The notes under the pieces were generated by a model. The model had not been told where the DNA came from and did no database searches. It was given only the letters and a program-made list of their open reading frames with translations. The translations under genes were made by a program, and so were the position numbers. This document shows, in pieces, positions 19,281-29,802 of a DNA stretch of 64,000 nt. Positions within the stretch are counted from its first letter, which is position 1; every line of letters starts with the position of its first letter. The stretch is from an uncultured delta proteobacterium (GTDB lineage Bacteria > Desulfobacterota > Binatia > Binatales > Binataceae), in the NCBI GenBank assembly GCA_963711565.1, contig CAVQEQ010000002.1, positions 192,001 through 256,000 of the forward strand, read 5' to 3'.

Positions 19281-21728
19281 ATGGCTGTTCCTCCACTATC
19301 CGAAATCAATCGCAACCTGTTCAACAAGCTTATCGATCATCACATCCGCTTCTCGCTGGCGAAGGTGCGGATCGACTTGACGAAGCACGACTGGTATCGC
19401 GCGACGGCACTGGTCGTTCGCGACATGCTGGTCGAAAAAATGCTCGCGACGCGGCTGCGTTTCGATCGCAACAATTCCAAGAAGCTTTACTACCTGTCGC
19501 TCGAATTTCTGATCGGCCGCTCGCTCGAGAATAATCTCTTCAACCTCGGCATCATCGACACCTGCCGGGATTTCCTGGCCGAGAACGGTATCGACCTGCA
19601 GATCCTGTTCGATGAGGAGCCCGACGCGGCGCTGGGCAACGGCGGCCTCGGCCGGCTGGCCGCGTGTTTCCTCGATTCGCTGGCGACGCTCGATTTGCCG
19701 GGCTACGCGTATGGAATCAACTACGAGTACGGTCTCTTCCGCCAGGAAATTCGCGCCGGCTACCAGGTCGAACGGCCCGACGCGTGGCAGCGCGAGACCT
19801 CGCCATGGCTGGTGCCGCGCCCCGAGCAGTCGTGCAGGATTCCGGTTTACGGCCGAATCGAGCACCGCATCGACAAAAAGGGTGAATACAATCCAATCTG
19901 GGTGGATTGGCGCGTGCTCGTCGGCGTGCCATCCGATCTGCCGATCGCGGGCTTCGGCGGCCGCACGGTGAACTTCGTGCGCCTGTATTCGGCCGGCGCG
20001 TCCGATGAATTCGACATGCAGATCTTCAACGCCGGCGACTACATGAAGGCCGTCGAGCAGAAGATGCTGTCCGAGACCATCTCGAAAGTGCTGTATCCGT
20101 CCGACGCGGTAGCGGCCGGCCGCGAACTCCGGCTGCTCCAGGAATATTTCTTCGTCGCTTGCGCGGTGCACGACATAGTACAGGGCTTCGTCGCGCGCGG
20201 CGAAGACTTCGCCGATTTTTCGTCGCAAGTGGCTATTCAGCTGAACGACACGCATCCCGCACTGACTATTGCGGAGTTGATGCGCGTTTTTATCGATGAG
20301 TACGATCTGGAGTGGCCGCTGGCGTGGGAAATCACCCGCGCCACCATCGGATATACTAATCACACGCTATTGCCCGAAGCGCTGGAAAAGTGGCCGGTGA
20401 GCCTGCTCGAACGAGTTGTGCCGCGGCATCTGCAGATCATCTACGAGATCAATCGGCGCTTTATGGCGGACGCAGCGCTGGTCTGGAAGGACGATCCGGA
20501 ACGGCTCAAGCGCGTGTCGATCGTACAGGAGGGTTACGAGGGTCAGATCCGGATGGCAAATCTGGCGATTGTCGGCAGTCACTCCGTGAATGGCGTGTCG
20601 AAGCTGCACTCCGAGCTCGTCAAGACGCGACTGGTGCCCGACTTCTATGAACTCTGGCCCGAGAAGTTCAGCAACAAGACCAACGGCGTCACGCAACGGC
20701 GATGGCTGTTGATGGCGAATCCGGGGCTGGCCAGCCTGCTCGACGCGACGATCGGCGTGGGCTGGGCGACGGACCTCGAGCAGTTGCGCGCGGTCGAGAA
20801 ATTCGCGGACGACCTCGAGTTTCAGCGCCGCTTCAGGACAATCAAGCGCGTCAACAAGGAGCGCCTGGCGCGAATCGTCAATCGCCTCGCCGCCGTCGAC
20901 ATCGATCCGGCTGCGATGTTCGACATACAGGCCAAGCGTATTCACGAATACAAACGCCAGCTCCTGATGGCGTTGGGGATCGTGCATGAGTACCTGCGGC
21001 TCGTGGACGACGGCGTCGAGCCGCCCGTTCCGCGCACGTACCTGCTCGCGGGCAAGGCGGCGCCGGGCTACTGGGCAGCCAAGATGATCATCAAGCTGAT
21101 CAACAGCCTCGGCGACGTGATTAACAACGACCCGAAGACGCGCGAATTGATCAAGGTTGCGTTCCTACCGGACTACCGCGTCTCGCTCGCGGAAAAAATA
21201 ATTCCCGCCGCCGACGTTTCCGAACAGATTTCGACCGCCGGCCGCGAAGCCTCGGGCACCGGCAACATGAAATTCGCGATGAACGGCGCGCTCACGGTGG
21301 GAACTCTCGATGGCGCGAACATCGAGATTCAGGAAGCCGTCGGCGCGGAAAATATTTTCATCTTCGGCCTGACCTCGGAGCAAATAGAAGATCTGACATT
21401 GAAGGGTGCGTACCGGCCGCGCGAATATTACGAGGCCGACGCCCGACTAAAGCGCGTGCTCGACGAGCTGGCGTCCGATCGCTTTTGTCCGGGCGAGCCG
21501 GGGTTGTTCAGATGGGTTCGCGACGTGCTGGTCAATCGCGATGACTATTTTCTGATGGCGGATTTCGGATCGTATGTGGATATCCAGTCAAAGATATTGA
21601 CTGAGTACCAACATCCGGAAGTCTGGACGCGAAAGGCTATACTCAATCTGGCGCGAATTGGCTATTTCTCGAGCGATCGTGCAGTAGCTGAATACTCACG
21701 CGAGATCTGGCAGCTCGGCCAATCGTGA
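19281..21728 (+). CDS. glgP: Glycogen/alpha-glucan phosphorylase
   Basis: GNGGLGRLAACF, QLNDTHP, KRIHEYKRQ, PLP-lysine EASGTGNMKF. Confidence 0.97.
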   Translation: MAVPPLSEINRNLFNKLIDHHIRFSLAKVRIDLTKHDWYRATALVVRDMLVEKMLATRLRFDRNNSKKLYYLSLEFLIGRSLENNLFNLGIIDTCRDFLAENGIDLQILFDEEPDAALGNGGLGRLAACFLDSLATLDLPGYAYGINYEYGLFRQEIRAGYQVERPDAWQRETSPWLVPRPEQSCRIPVYGRIEHRIDKKGEYNPIWVDWRVLVGVPSDLPIAGFGGRTVNFVRLYSAGASDEFDMQIFNAGDYMKAVEQKMLSETISKVLYPSDAVAAGRELRLLQEYFFVACAVHDIVQGFVARGEDFADFSSQVAIQLNDTHPALTIAELMRVFIDEYDLEWPLAWEITRATIGYTNHTLLPEALEKWPVSLLERVVPRHLQIIYEINRRFMADAALVWKDDPERLKRVSIVQEGYEGQIRMANLAIVGSHSVNGVSKLHSELVKTRLVPDFYELWPEKFSNKTNGVTQRRWLLMANPGLASLLDATIGVGWATDLEQLRAVEKFADDLEFQRRFRTIKRVNKERLARIVNRLAAVDIDPAAMFDIQAKRIHEYKRQLLMALGIVHEYLRLVDDGVEPPVPRTYLLAGKAAPGYWAAKMIIKLINSLGDVINNDPKTRELIKVAFLPDYRVSLAEKIIPAADVSEQISTAGREASGTGNMKFAMNGALTVGTLDGANIEIQEAVGAENIFIFGLTSEQIEDLTLKGAYRPREYYEADARLKRVLDELASDRFCPGEPGLFRWVRDVLVNRDDYFLMADFGSYVDIQSKILTEYQHPEVWTRKAILNLARIGYFSSDRAVAEYSREIWQLGQS

Positions 21729-21733
21729 ATTGA

Positions 21734-22168
21734 CTATTTGGCGTCTGCGATTAGCATAAAGCCCAGCCTCGCAGCGGCGCGATTGAGCGCATCGTCAAAA
21801 CAGGCAAACCTAATCGAAGATCGAACCGTCACCTCCATCAGATCAACCGTCGCGAGATGTATGGCATCGTAGGCCTTCAGGCGATATTGCTCCGCCAAAT
21901 CCCCCGCGCGACGTATCGTCGTCACGTCCACCGGCAGGCGATCCAGCCGGTTCCAGCCTTGTTCGAATTCATCCTTGTGGCGTTTCAGCGCGGCTTCGTC
22001 GATGTCAGCCAGCCGATATTTTCTCGCGAAGGCCGACCTGGCTTCGACGTATGCGACAAGGCTCGTGGCAACCAGATCAGCACGAGCGACCGCCCGTTTC
22101 ACTTCGGAGCTGCCAACTTCTTGCGCGTAGAGCTTTACCAGGGCGGAGGTATCCAGGTAGAGGATCAC
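21734..22168 (-). CDS. vapC: VapC/PIN-domain toxin
   Basis: YLDTSALVKLY, LKAYDAIHLA, FACFD. Confidence 0.9.
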   Translation of the reverse strand: MILYLDTSALVKLYAQEVGSSEVKRAVARADLVATSLVAYVEARSAFARKYRLADIDEAALKRHKDEFEQGWNRLDRLPVDVTTIRRAGDLAEQYRLKAYDAIHLATVDLMEVTVRSSIRFACFDDALNRAAARLGFMLIADAK

Positions 22169-22455
22169 CTTCGATTCTCGAGCACCATCTCTGAAAGCGT
22201 TTTCTCGCCTGGACCGATCACGATCGGACGCGCCGCCCCGCGAATTTTGCCCCCTCTAGCCGGGAGCATTCCTGGAATCCGCCGGAGACGCCGCGCGAGT
22301 TCCGAAGCATCAGGTTTCGTATTGGCTTCTGGAGCCAACGGTAACAATCGCGCAATCGGCCGGCCGCGGGAAGTGATTATCACGTCTTCGCCGTTACCAG
22401 CCCTTCGAAGATACAGCGATAGCCGCGCCTTGAACTCGCGCACAGAGGCTTTCAT
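22165..22455 (-). CDS. Phd/YefM family antitoxin
   Basis: ASVREFKARLSLYLRRAGNGEDVIITSRGRPIARL; 4-nt overlap with vapC. Confidence 0.9.
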   Translation of the reverse strand: MKASVREFKARLSLYLRRAGNGEDVIITSRGRPIARLLPLAPEANTKPDASELARRLRRIPGMLPARGGKIRGAARPIVIGPGEKTLSEMVLENRR

Positions 22456-22485
22456 GGGACCACATTATAGACGATGTGGTCACAT
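22454..22485 (-). promoter_or_regulatory. TA operon promoter/operator
   Basis: Minus strand reads ATGTGACCACAT-cgtc-TATAATGTGGTCCC-ATG: two near-palindromes flank a perfect TATAAT that lies 8 nt before the ATG. Confidence 0.6.
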
Positions 22486-22740
22486 TGCGCGAGGGCGCCG
22501 GGTCTGCTCCGCAAGAAGTGCCGAGCCGCGTGACGTCACTCTGACGACGATGCGCCCGTTCACGTGATGCTTTGCGACCAGCCCGCGTTCGTTCGCATTC
22601 TCCCAGACCGGGAATCTGGGGCATGACGTCCGCCACGCATCCATCACCTCGTCGTAGCTCCGCTCGCTATTCGCAAGCCATTCAACGAGATCGAGTACCA
22701 GGGATTCGACCGGATCGAACATGGATTCGTCTGCCTGCAT
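22480..22740 (-). CDS. Conserved small hypothetical protein
   Basis: LVLDLVEWL...YDEVMDAWRTSCPRFPVWENA...GLV; looks like a winged helix. Confidence 0.7.
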   Translation of the reverse strand: MQADESMFDPVESLVLDLVEWLANSERSYDEVMDAWRTSCPRFPVWENANERGLVAKHHVNGRIVVRVTSRGSALLAEQTRRPRAM

Positions 22741-22840
22741 GGCTCGAGAATATCAGATTCGACTTTCCCAATCACGCCGTTTTAGACCGCTACCTATCTC
22801 ATCTACATAAGACGATAGTCCTGTAAGCTGGAAGTGGCAG

Positions 22841-23293
22841 TCAAACCGGCGTCGAGCTCGAAGCCATGTGGTGTAGTACGAGCACGGGACAAGGAGCTTC
22901 GCGAATGACATGTTCCGTGACGCTACCTAAGAGTAAGTGTTCGAGTCCGGTGCGCCCATGCGTAACCATTACGATCAAGTCCACTCCGAGATCATGGGCC
23001 GCCCGCACGATATCTATATCAGGGACTCCGCTTCTGACATCAATAACACAATTCACTTCAGCCTTGAGGGTGTTCTGGACTATTAGTTCGAGCTTGGCTC
23101 TGGCTTCCTTCTCCCAGCGAGGATCGGCATCAAAAGGAAGCGGAACGTCCATATCATACGTAGGCACCCTGGCAATGTGCAGGATGTAGAGCGTGGCGTC
23201 ACTCTCCTTTGCCAAAGTGCTTGATAAAAGCAATGCGGCCGTCGAATCTCCATCGAACTCAAACGCACACATTATCTTATTGTATTTCAGCAT
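22841..23293 (-). CDS. Universal stress protein
   Basis: DLIVMVTHGRTGLEHLLLGSVTEHVIREAPCPVLV. Confidence 0.92.
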   Translation of the reverse strand: MLKYNKIMCAFEFDGDSTAALLLSSTLAKESDATLYILHIARVPTYDMDVPLPFDADPRWEKEARAKLELIVQNTLKAEVNCVIDVRSGVPDIDIVRAAHDLGVDLIVMVTHGRTGLEHLLLGSVTEHVIREAPCPVLVLHHMASSSTPV

Positions 23294-23339
23294 GGCTCTC
23301 CCTGAAATGTTGAGCCTTGTTGCAAATTGGCTATTGCCC

Positions 23340-24770
23340 CTAGAAACTCGCAAGCGACCGACCGGTCGCTCTATCAACCGCTGCTTTGGTGACGGAGAAC
23401 CCATAAAGGGCGTCCGCATACGCGGCATCGTCCTCGGTATAGCTGCGTTGCGCATCTTCCAGCTCGATAATACTGGTTAAGCCCGCTTCGTAGCGCTTCT
23501 CCGCGAGTTCCAGTTCTGCGCGCGAAGCGGCTAGCGTCTTCTCGGCGCGGGAGATTCGCTGAAGAGAAGCCTGCCAGTTGAGAAGCGCAGTATGAACCTG
23601 CAAGATTACTTCCTGCCGAAGGTCTTCGATCGCGCGAAGGATCGCGTGTTGCCGAAACCTGGTCTCCGCAATTTGATCGGTGGTGAGAAAGCTGTTGAAG
23701 ATTGGCCACGTTATTACTATTCCGGCGTTGAAATTGTTTGCCGCGGGAGTTCCAGTCCCCAGCGCCGAGTATCCGCCCACAGCGTTAACAGTAGGATAGT
23801 AGTCACTATTGTACTGTACTATTCTCGCTCCCATAGCCTTTGCCTGATCCTGCAATGCCGTCAAATCAGGTCTGCTACGGAACGCTGTATCCAACAAAGT
23901 GTTCAAGGAATCGTTAACCGCATAGTAGGTTAGGATGTCCACAGGCTCGTACGCAGGCGCCGAGTCACTCAGACCCAAGGCGTTGTCGAGCGCAACTTTT
24001 GCATCTTCGTCATCATTGCGCGCGTCGACGAGATGCAATTGAGCGCGCTCGACCTCGGCTTCCGTAACATAGGTATCGAGCTGCGGCCGCAGACCAGCGT
24101 TAGCCTTAACCTGGGCCTCGTGCAGGTGATACTGGCGCTGCTCCACTGCTTTCTCGTAAACCGTGACGAGTCGTTTCGCCTCCAGCAACGCAAAGTACCG
24201 TTGAGAGACTTCAAAAATCAGATCGAGCTCGGTGAGCTGTTGATCGGCAGCCGCAGCAGCTGCCTCAAACTGGCGCTCCGAAACGAGTCCATGCCGACGG
24301 CCGAAATCTACAAGGAACTGGGAGAGCATCACGCCTCCCATGTAGTTATTGCTGGTGTCCCAACTTTGCGAAAAGTCATTTGAAGGCAGGTTGTGATTTG
24401 TTCCCGTTAGTCGCGGGAACGCTCCCTCGGGATTGTAGTAACTTGCATTGCCGATGCCATTGTCGGTGCTCCGCAAATATTGTGCAGCGCCAAACAGCTG
24501 TGGTCCAAGATATGATCGCGCCTGCCCGATCTGCTGCTGCGCGGCGCTGGTGTTGTCCGCGGCCTCCTGGAGTCTCGGATGATATTTCAGCGCGATCGCG
24601 ATCGCATCCTTGAGCGTCAATTGGGAGCCCGACGGAATTGGACTTCCGGGAGCCGGCGCTGCAACCTGCGTATCGCCGGGCAATGCCACCGCAGGACCCG
24701 CCGCGTTGACGACTCCGTGCGCCAGGAGAAGTACCGATGCGGAGACCATAAAGACTCTCGAAGATTTCAT
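23340..24770 (-). CDS. TolC family outer membrane efflux protein
   Basis: Signal peptide, LTLKDAIAIALKYHP, RYEAGLTSIIELEDAQ. Confidence 0.9.
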   Translation of the reverse strand: MKSSRVFMVSASVLLLAHGVVNAAGPAVALPGDTQVAAPAPGSPIPSGSQLTLKDAIAIALKYHPRLQEAADNTSAAQQQIGQARSYLGPQLFGAAQYLRSTDNGIGNASYYNPEGAFPRLTGTNHNLPSNDFSQSWDTSNNYMGGVMLSQFLVDFGRRHGLVSERQFEAAAAAADQQLTELDLIFEVSQRYFALLEAKRLVTVYEKAVEQRQYHLHEAQVKANAGLRPQLDTYVTEAEVERAQLHLVDARNDDEDAKVALDNALGLSDSAPAYEPVDILTYYAVNDSLNTLLDTAFRSRPDLTALQDQAKAMGARIVQYNSDYYPTVNAVGGYSALGTGTPAANNFNAGIVITWPIFNSFLTTDQIAETRFRQHAILRAIEDLRQEVILQVHTALLNWQASLQRISRAEKTLAASRAELELAEKRYEAGLTSIIELEDAQRSYTEDDAAYADALYGFSVTKAAVDRATGRSLASF

Positions 24771-24820
24771 TATCAGCCTACCCAACTGTTCGTTGATTTG
24801 GCGTTGACAGTTTGTTCGAT

Positions 24821-25999
24821 TCAGTCGGAACCTTGAGCCGAGGCCGATGTAGCCTGGCCATCGACATTCTGAATTCGACAATCCACCTGCTGTCCCGGAG
24901 TTAGGTTGTTGCTGTAGGTCGTCACTACCAGCGATCGCGGTGACAAGCCCGACGTTACTTCGACATAGGCGCCAGTGTTGATCCCGGTTTTCACCGGAGC
25001 TTCGACCAGCCGCCCGTCTTTAACGACCAGCAGGCGCGCCGAATCTCCCGAACCTTGAATGGCAGAGGCCGGGACGCTAAGAGCGTCAGGATGGCGTACC
25101 AGCTCGATCGTGACGTGAGCATAGCTGCGCGGGTAGACCAACCGCTTCGGATTATCTATGTCGACCTCGGTCAGCATCGTCCGGGTTGCCAGATCGAGCG
25201 ACGACGCATACCTGGCGACGGTGCCGTTGAATACTCGATCCGGAAACTCGTCGAAGTGCAGACTCGCCGGCGTACCGACATGAATAAAAGGATATGAAGC
25301 TTCCGGGACGTAGATATAGACACGTAATTTATCTATATCGGCCAGCGTGAGGATCGGACCGCCGCCCTCGCGGTGCCCTCCGGCTCCTTCGGTAGCTCCC
25401 GGAGAAATCAACCCCGAAGTTTCGTCCACTCCAATGTCGCCGCCGCCGGCGCGGATCAACGCCCCAGGATCGGCGAATCGGCCCGTGATTACTCCATCAA
25501 AAGGGGCGATGATCCTGGTATATCCGACCATAGTTTGCAGCGTTGCAACCGCGGCTTGGGCCTCACGATACTTGGCGTAGGCCATATCGACATCTTGCTG
25601 TGCAATTAACCGCGGATCGCTCTGCTGAACCTTCCTCAGACGATCGTAAGTTATGCGCTCGATTTCGAGGCTCGCCTGCGATCGTACCAGGTTCGATTGC
25701 AATTCCGGCACTTCGATTTCGGCTAGCACCTGGCCCGTCTTGACCGAGTCGCCTTTGTTGACGCTGATGCTCTTCAGGTATCCCGTAACCTTCGCGTGAA
25801 GTGCGGCCTCATAGAAACCTACGACATCGCCCGGTATCTCAATCGACTTGTCTATCTCTCCCTGGCGCGGATGGAGCACGTCCACTACTGCTCGCTGAGG
25901 AGTAATCATGGGAATGACCGGCGCATCGCAGCCGCCAAGCAAAACAGCGATCCACAGAACAGCTGCCAGTCGGATTTGTAATCTAAACATCAGCATCAT
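24821..25999 (-). CDS. RND efflux periplasmic adaptor subunit
   Basis: Lipobox LGGC, lipoyl half-motifs AKVTGY...GDSVKTGQVLAEI and APFDGVIT, TRTMLTEVDI. Confidence 0.92.
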   Translation of the reverse strand: MMLMFRLQIRLAAVLWIAVLLGGCDAPVIPMITPQRAVVDVLHPRQGEIDKSIEIPGDVVGFYEAALHAKVTGYLKSISVNKGDSVKTGQVLAEIEVPELQSNLVRSQASLEIERITYDRLRKVQQSDPRLIAQQDVDMAYAKYREAQAAVATLQTMVGYTRIIAPFDGVITGRFADPGALIRAGGGDIGVDETSGLISPGATEGAGGHREGGGPILTLADIDKLRVYIYVPEASYPFIHVGTPASLHFDEFPDRVFNGTVARYASSLDLATRTMLTEVDIDNPKRLVYPRSYAHVTIELVRHPDALSVPASAIQGSGDSARLLVVKDGRLVEAPVKTGINTGAYVEVTSGLSPRSLVVTTYSNNLTPGQQVDCRIQNVDGQATSASAQGSD

Positions 26000-28900
26000 C
26001 AATTCTCGATGAGCGCTGGCGCAGTCGGTTCGCTCTGGATCCGCCGATAGAAGAACTCGTAAACGCAGGGCACCAGGAAAAGCGTGAGTCCGGTGGAAAC
26101 GATAAGACCGCCGACAGCCGCCCTCGCCAAAGGAGCTGAAGCTTCGGATCCCTCGCCCAGTTTCATCGCGATTGGCATAAGTCCCGCAACAGTCGCCAAC
26201 GCGGTCATCAGGATTGGCCTCATTCTTATCCGCGCCGACTCGATCGCCGCGCGTCTTAACTCCTGTCCCTGGCGACGTCGTTCATTGGCGAAATCGACGA
26301 GCAATATCGAGTTCGACACCACGATGCCGACCATCACGATGATCCCCATGAAGGACTCGATGTTAAGCGTAGTCCCGGTTAGCCATAGAGTCCAAATGAC
26401 TCCTATCAATCCCATAGGAACGGCGAACATGATGATTAGCGGATCGAGGAACGACCGAAATTGAGCCACCATCACCAGGTAGAGCAGAACCACTGCCAGC
26501 GAAAGCCCGAAGCCGAAGCTCGCGAACGATTTCTGCATCGAGGCTACCGCGCCGCGATACCTCACGGAGACTCCCGCAGGCAGAGTCATCTTGCTCACTT
26601 CGCTTTGGATCTTCGCCTGCGTGCCACCTTGATCGGAGGTGCTGGGCGCGACCAGCAGATCGACGACACGTTGAATGCTGTAATGATCGGCTTCGGAAGG
26701 GTGGAACTCGGGAGAAATCGTCGCCACATCTCTTAGCAACAGGCTTGACGCGTGCCCGGTTTCCCTGTTCACGGTCTCGATTGGAATGTTCTGCAGTACT
26801 TCAAGCGAATCGAAGCCGTTCTCGGCGCCTGGATACTGCGCCGTTAGAAAGTAGTCGTCGTTGTCGGCGTGGTCGATCCAAATCGACGGCTTGATGTAGA
26901 GGTTTGAATCGAGCGCGGTGATAACGTTCTGTATAACCTGCTGTTGCGCGACGCCCAAACGCGCTGCTCTTACCCGGTCAACCTTTATATTCAATGTCGG
27001 ATAGTCCAACTCCTGCGCGATGAAACTCTGCGAGACCTCGGGCAGACTGTTGATTTTTTCCTGAAGTTCCTTTGCCGCCTTATTCAGATCGCTGAAGCTG
27101 CGGCCCGCAAACTGCACATCGATCGAGGCCATCATTCCCAGATTTAGAACAGAGTCGATTATGCTGCCCGAGGAAAACAGGGTCCGCGCGTCCGGTATTT
27201 GTACAGGCAGAATTTGTTTCAACTGGGCTACGTAGTACTCGGTCGGATGCCGATGTCCGGCCTTGAGCGCGACCTGCATGAAAGCTGAATCCTGGGCTGC
27301 GTTGGGCGAGTAAATCGCCGAAATGCTGGGGGCAATTCCGATATTCGATACGACCATGTCGAGCTGGTCCGGCGGAATCACTTTACGAATGATGGCCTCG
27401 ATTTGACGCGCCATGTCCGTGGTCTTTTCGATGCGGGTACCGGCGGGCGCGCGAAAATTGATCGTGAAGGTTCCCGCATCGGTTTCGGGAAACAACTCAG
27501 TGCCAAGCCGTGGATACATCGCGAGGCTGACGACGAACAGAATCGCGACTCCGATGATCACCACCGACTTGTGGTTCAGCGCATTTTCAAGCAGACGTTC
27601 GTAGCCTGAGGCAAAACGCTCATACACGCGATTGAACGCTGCGAATATCCCGGATGATTCTCCGTGTTCCGCCGCGAGCGCCTGTTCGGTGGTCAGAAAG
27701 CGAGCGCAGTAGAGCGGTATTATGCTCATCGAGACCAGATACGACGCCCCCATCGACAGCACCACCGCCAGCGCCAGCGCACTGAACAGATACTTGGCGA
27801 CTCCGAACAGAAACATGACTGGGAAGAAAACGACGCAGGTAGTTATGGTCGACGCGAGAACTGGAAGTGCTACTTCCTCGGCTCCTTCTCGTGCGGCGAT
27901 GTGCGGTTCCTTGCCCTCCGCCAGGTGGCGATTGATGTTCTCGAGCACCACCACGGAGTCGTTGACCAGCCGGCCTATCGCCAGCGCGAATCCGCCGAGG
28001 GTCATGATGTTGATGGTCGAGCCGTTCATGAAAAGACCGAATCCACCGGCCAGAATGGAAAGCGGAATGGAGAGAAAAATCGCAAAGGTCGATCGGAAAC
28101 TGCCGAGAAATATCAGAATTACCAGCGATGCCAGCACCGAGCCGGATATCGCCTCATGTTCCAGACTGGCCACCGCCTGCCTGACGTAAATGGACTGGTC
28201 GAGGATGGTTTTCAGTTTCATCCCTGCAGGCAGGCCGAAAACTTTCGGCAGAAGGTCCTTGATCCCATCGACCACCGAGATTGTATTTGCGCCGGCCTGC
28301 CGCAGAATCGGGACGTATACCGAAGGTTGTCCGTTGATGAGCACTTTGTTGTATTGAATCTGAGCTGAGTCATCGACCTTCGCGACATCGTCCATCAGCA
28401 CCGGCGCCTGACCGCGTCCTATCTTCACCGGCACCTGGCCGATGTCAGGCACCTTTTCAATCATGCTGTTCGAGTAGATGTAATAATCCTTGGACCCGAT
28501 CTTAACGTCGCCCGCGGGCAGGATGAGGTTGGACGTGTCGAGCGCATGGACAACGTCCATTAGCGAAAGGCCACGCGCTTGCAGCGCTTGCGAATTCGCA
28601 TAAGCCATCACTTGGCGAAACTTGCCGCCGAAGGGGATAGGTATTGACGCCCCCGGCACGGTCGCGAGCTGATTGCGAACGTTGTAGCGGGCTTGATCCT
28701 CGAGTTGAGTCTCGTCGAAGCCCTTACCCTCGAGCGTGACCAACACCACCGGCAGCGAGGACACGTCATATTGCAACACCAGCGGCGGGAGAGTGCCTGG
28801 AGGCATGATGCCCAGATCAGCCATCGCCAGGGTTCCCATCTGCGCAGCCGCAGACGCGACGTCGGTGCCCGGCTGAAAGAATACTTTGATGATGCTCACG

Positions 28901-29169
28901 CCCGACAGCGAACGTGACTCTATATGATCGATGTTGCTGCCTAGCGTAAAAAACCGCTCGTAGCGAAAGGTTATGTTGTCTTCCATGTCCAGCGGCGGCA
29001 TACCTTGGTAGAAGGTAGCGACGACAACCGCCGGGATTTTGATGTCCGGAAAAACGTCCGTTGGCATCCGCGTAAACGCAGTTGCACCCAGAATGACGGT
29101 CATCAGCGCTCCGACAATGATTAGGTACGGATTGCGCAGTGAAAAACTTGGCACGGTGCAAACTCCCAT
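25999..29169 (-). CDS. RND efflux permease subunit (AcrB/CusA family)
   Basis: 1056 aa; GRLVNDSVVVLENI, NSILLVDF, RMRPILMT. Confidence 0.95.
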   Translation of the reverse strand: MGVCTVPSFSLRNPYLIIVGALMTVILGATAFTRMPTDVFPDIKIPAVVVATFYQGMPPLDMEDNITFRYERFFTLGSNIDHIESRSLSGVSIIKVFFQPGTDVASAAAQMGTLAMADLGIMPPGTLPPLVLQYDVSSLPVVLVTLEGKGFDETQLEDQARYNVRNQLATVPGASIPIPFGGKFRQVMAYANSQALQARGLSLMDVVHALDTSNLILPAGDVKIGSKDYYIYSNSMIEKVPDIGQVPVKIGRGQAPVLMDDVAKVDDSAQIQYNKVLINGQPSVYVPILRQAGANTISVVDGIKDLLPKVFGLPAGMKLKTILDQSIYVRQAVASLEHEAISGSVLASLVILIFLGSFRSTFAIFLSIPLSILAGGFGLFMNGSTINIMTLGGFALAIGRLVNDSVVVLENINRHLAEGKEPHIAAREGAEEVALPVLASTITTCVVFFPVMFLFGVAKYLFSALALAVVLSMGASYLVSMSIIPLYCARFLTTEQALAAEHGESSGIFAAFNRVYERFASGYERLLENALNHKSVVIIGVAILFVVSLAMYPRLGTELFPETDAGTFTINFRAPAGTRIEKTTDMARQIEAIIRKVIPPDQLDMVVSNIGIAPSISAIYSPNAAQDSAFMQVALKAGHRHPTEYYVAQLKQILPVQIPDARTLFSSGSIIDSVLNLGMMASIDVQFAGRSFSDLNKAAKELQEKINSLPEVSQSFIAQELDYPTLNIKVDRVRAARLGVAQQQVIQNVITALDSNLYIKPSIWIDHADNDDYFLTAQYPGAENGFDSLEVLQNIPIETVNRETGHASSLLLRDVATISPEFHPSEADHYSIQRVVDLLVAPSTSDQGGTQAKIQSEVSKMTLPAGVSVRYRGAVASMQKSFASFGFGLSLAVVLLYLVMVAQFRSFLDPLIIMFAVPMGLIGVIWTLWLTGTTLNIESFMGIIVMVGIVVSNSILLVDFANERRRQGQELRRAAIESARIRMRPILMTALATVAGLMPIAMKLGEGSEASAPLARAAVGGLIVSTGLTLFLVPCVYEFFYRRIQSEPTAPALIEN

Positions 29170-29266
29170 TCCCGGCTAAGTGCTTAGGCCGGTGGTTTTC
29201 AAACTCGACCACGAACGCCCGCGAACACTTGCTCGCGTGCTGGCGAATCACGAGTGAAAAGTTTGC

Positions 29267-29629
29267 TTAGAGCGGGTCTTGGCTTTCCGCGCGCGAGGGG
29301 AGCAACTTGTATCGTCTTACTATCGGTCTTACAAAAGATGTCTCAGATCTGAAACTCAACAACGGTTCGGCGGACTGATCGTCCGCAACAAGCTTCAGAT
29401 TCTGCTGCAATGGCACGCCATTCGCCGCGTAGCCAGCCTCTAGATCGGGCAGCCGCGACGAATTATCGGTGAACCGCTGCGCCCCACTCAGAGTTGCGCC
29501 CTCCAGCGATGCGCACGAGAGCTGTACGTGTGGATGCTGCAATCGAGGCGCAAACGCCACAGCGCTTATCGCGACAAGAATCAAGGCAACGAGCTGTAGA
29601 TGTCGGCGAGAAAGCATTGTGCAACGCAC
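29267..29629 (-). CDS. Hypothetical exported protein upstream of the RND operon
   Basis: Signal-like N-terminus; co-oriented with the RND genes. Confidence 0.4.
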   Translation of the reverse strand: MRCTMLSRRHLQLVALILVAISAVAFAPRLQHPHVQLSCASLEGATLSGAQRFTDNSSRLPDLEAGYAANGVPLQQNLKLVADDQSAEPLLSFRSETSFVRPIVRRYKLLPSRAESQDPL

Positions 29630-29802
29630 ATTTTATCCTACCTCGTTTTGAATGCAAGCGAAGCCGATCTTCTCGCGCGCGTGAGGCTTCCAGCTTCGGC
29701 ACCCGACCGCTCGCGCAAATAACAAGATTGGAGTACGAATCAACAGACGCTGTTCGCAACAGCGATGAAAATAACAATCTCGCTGCGGCCACCGAGCCCG
29801 TC

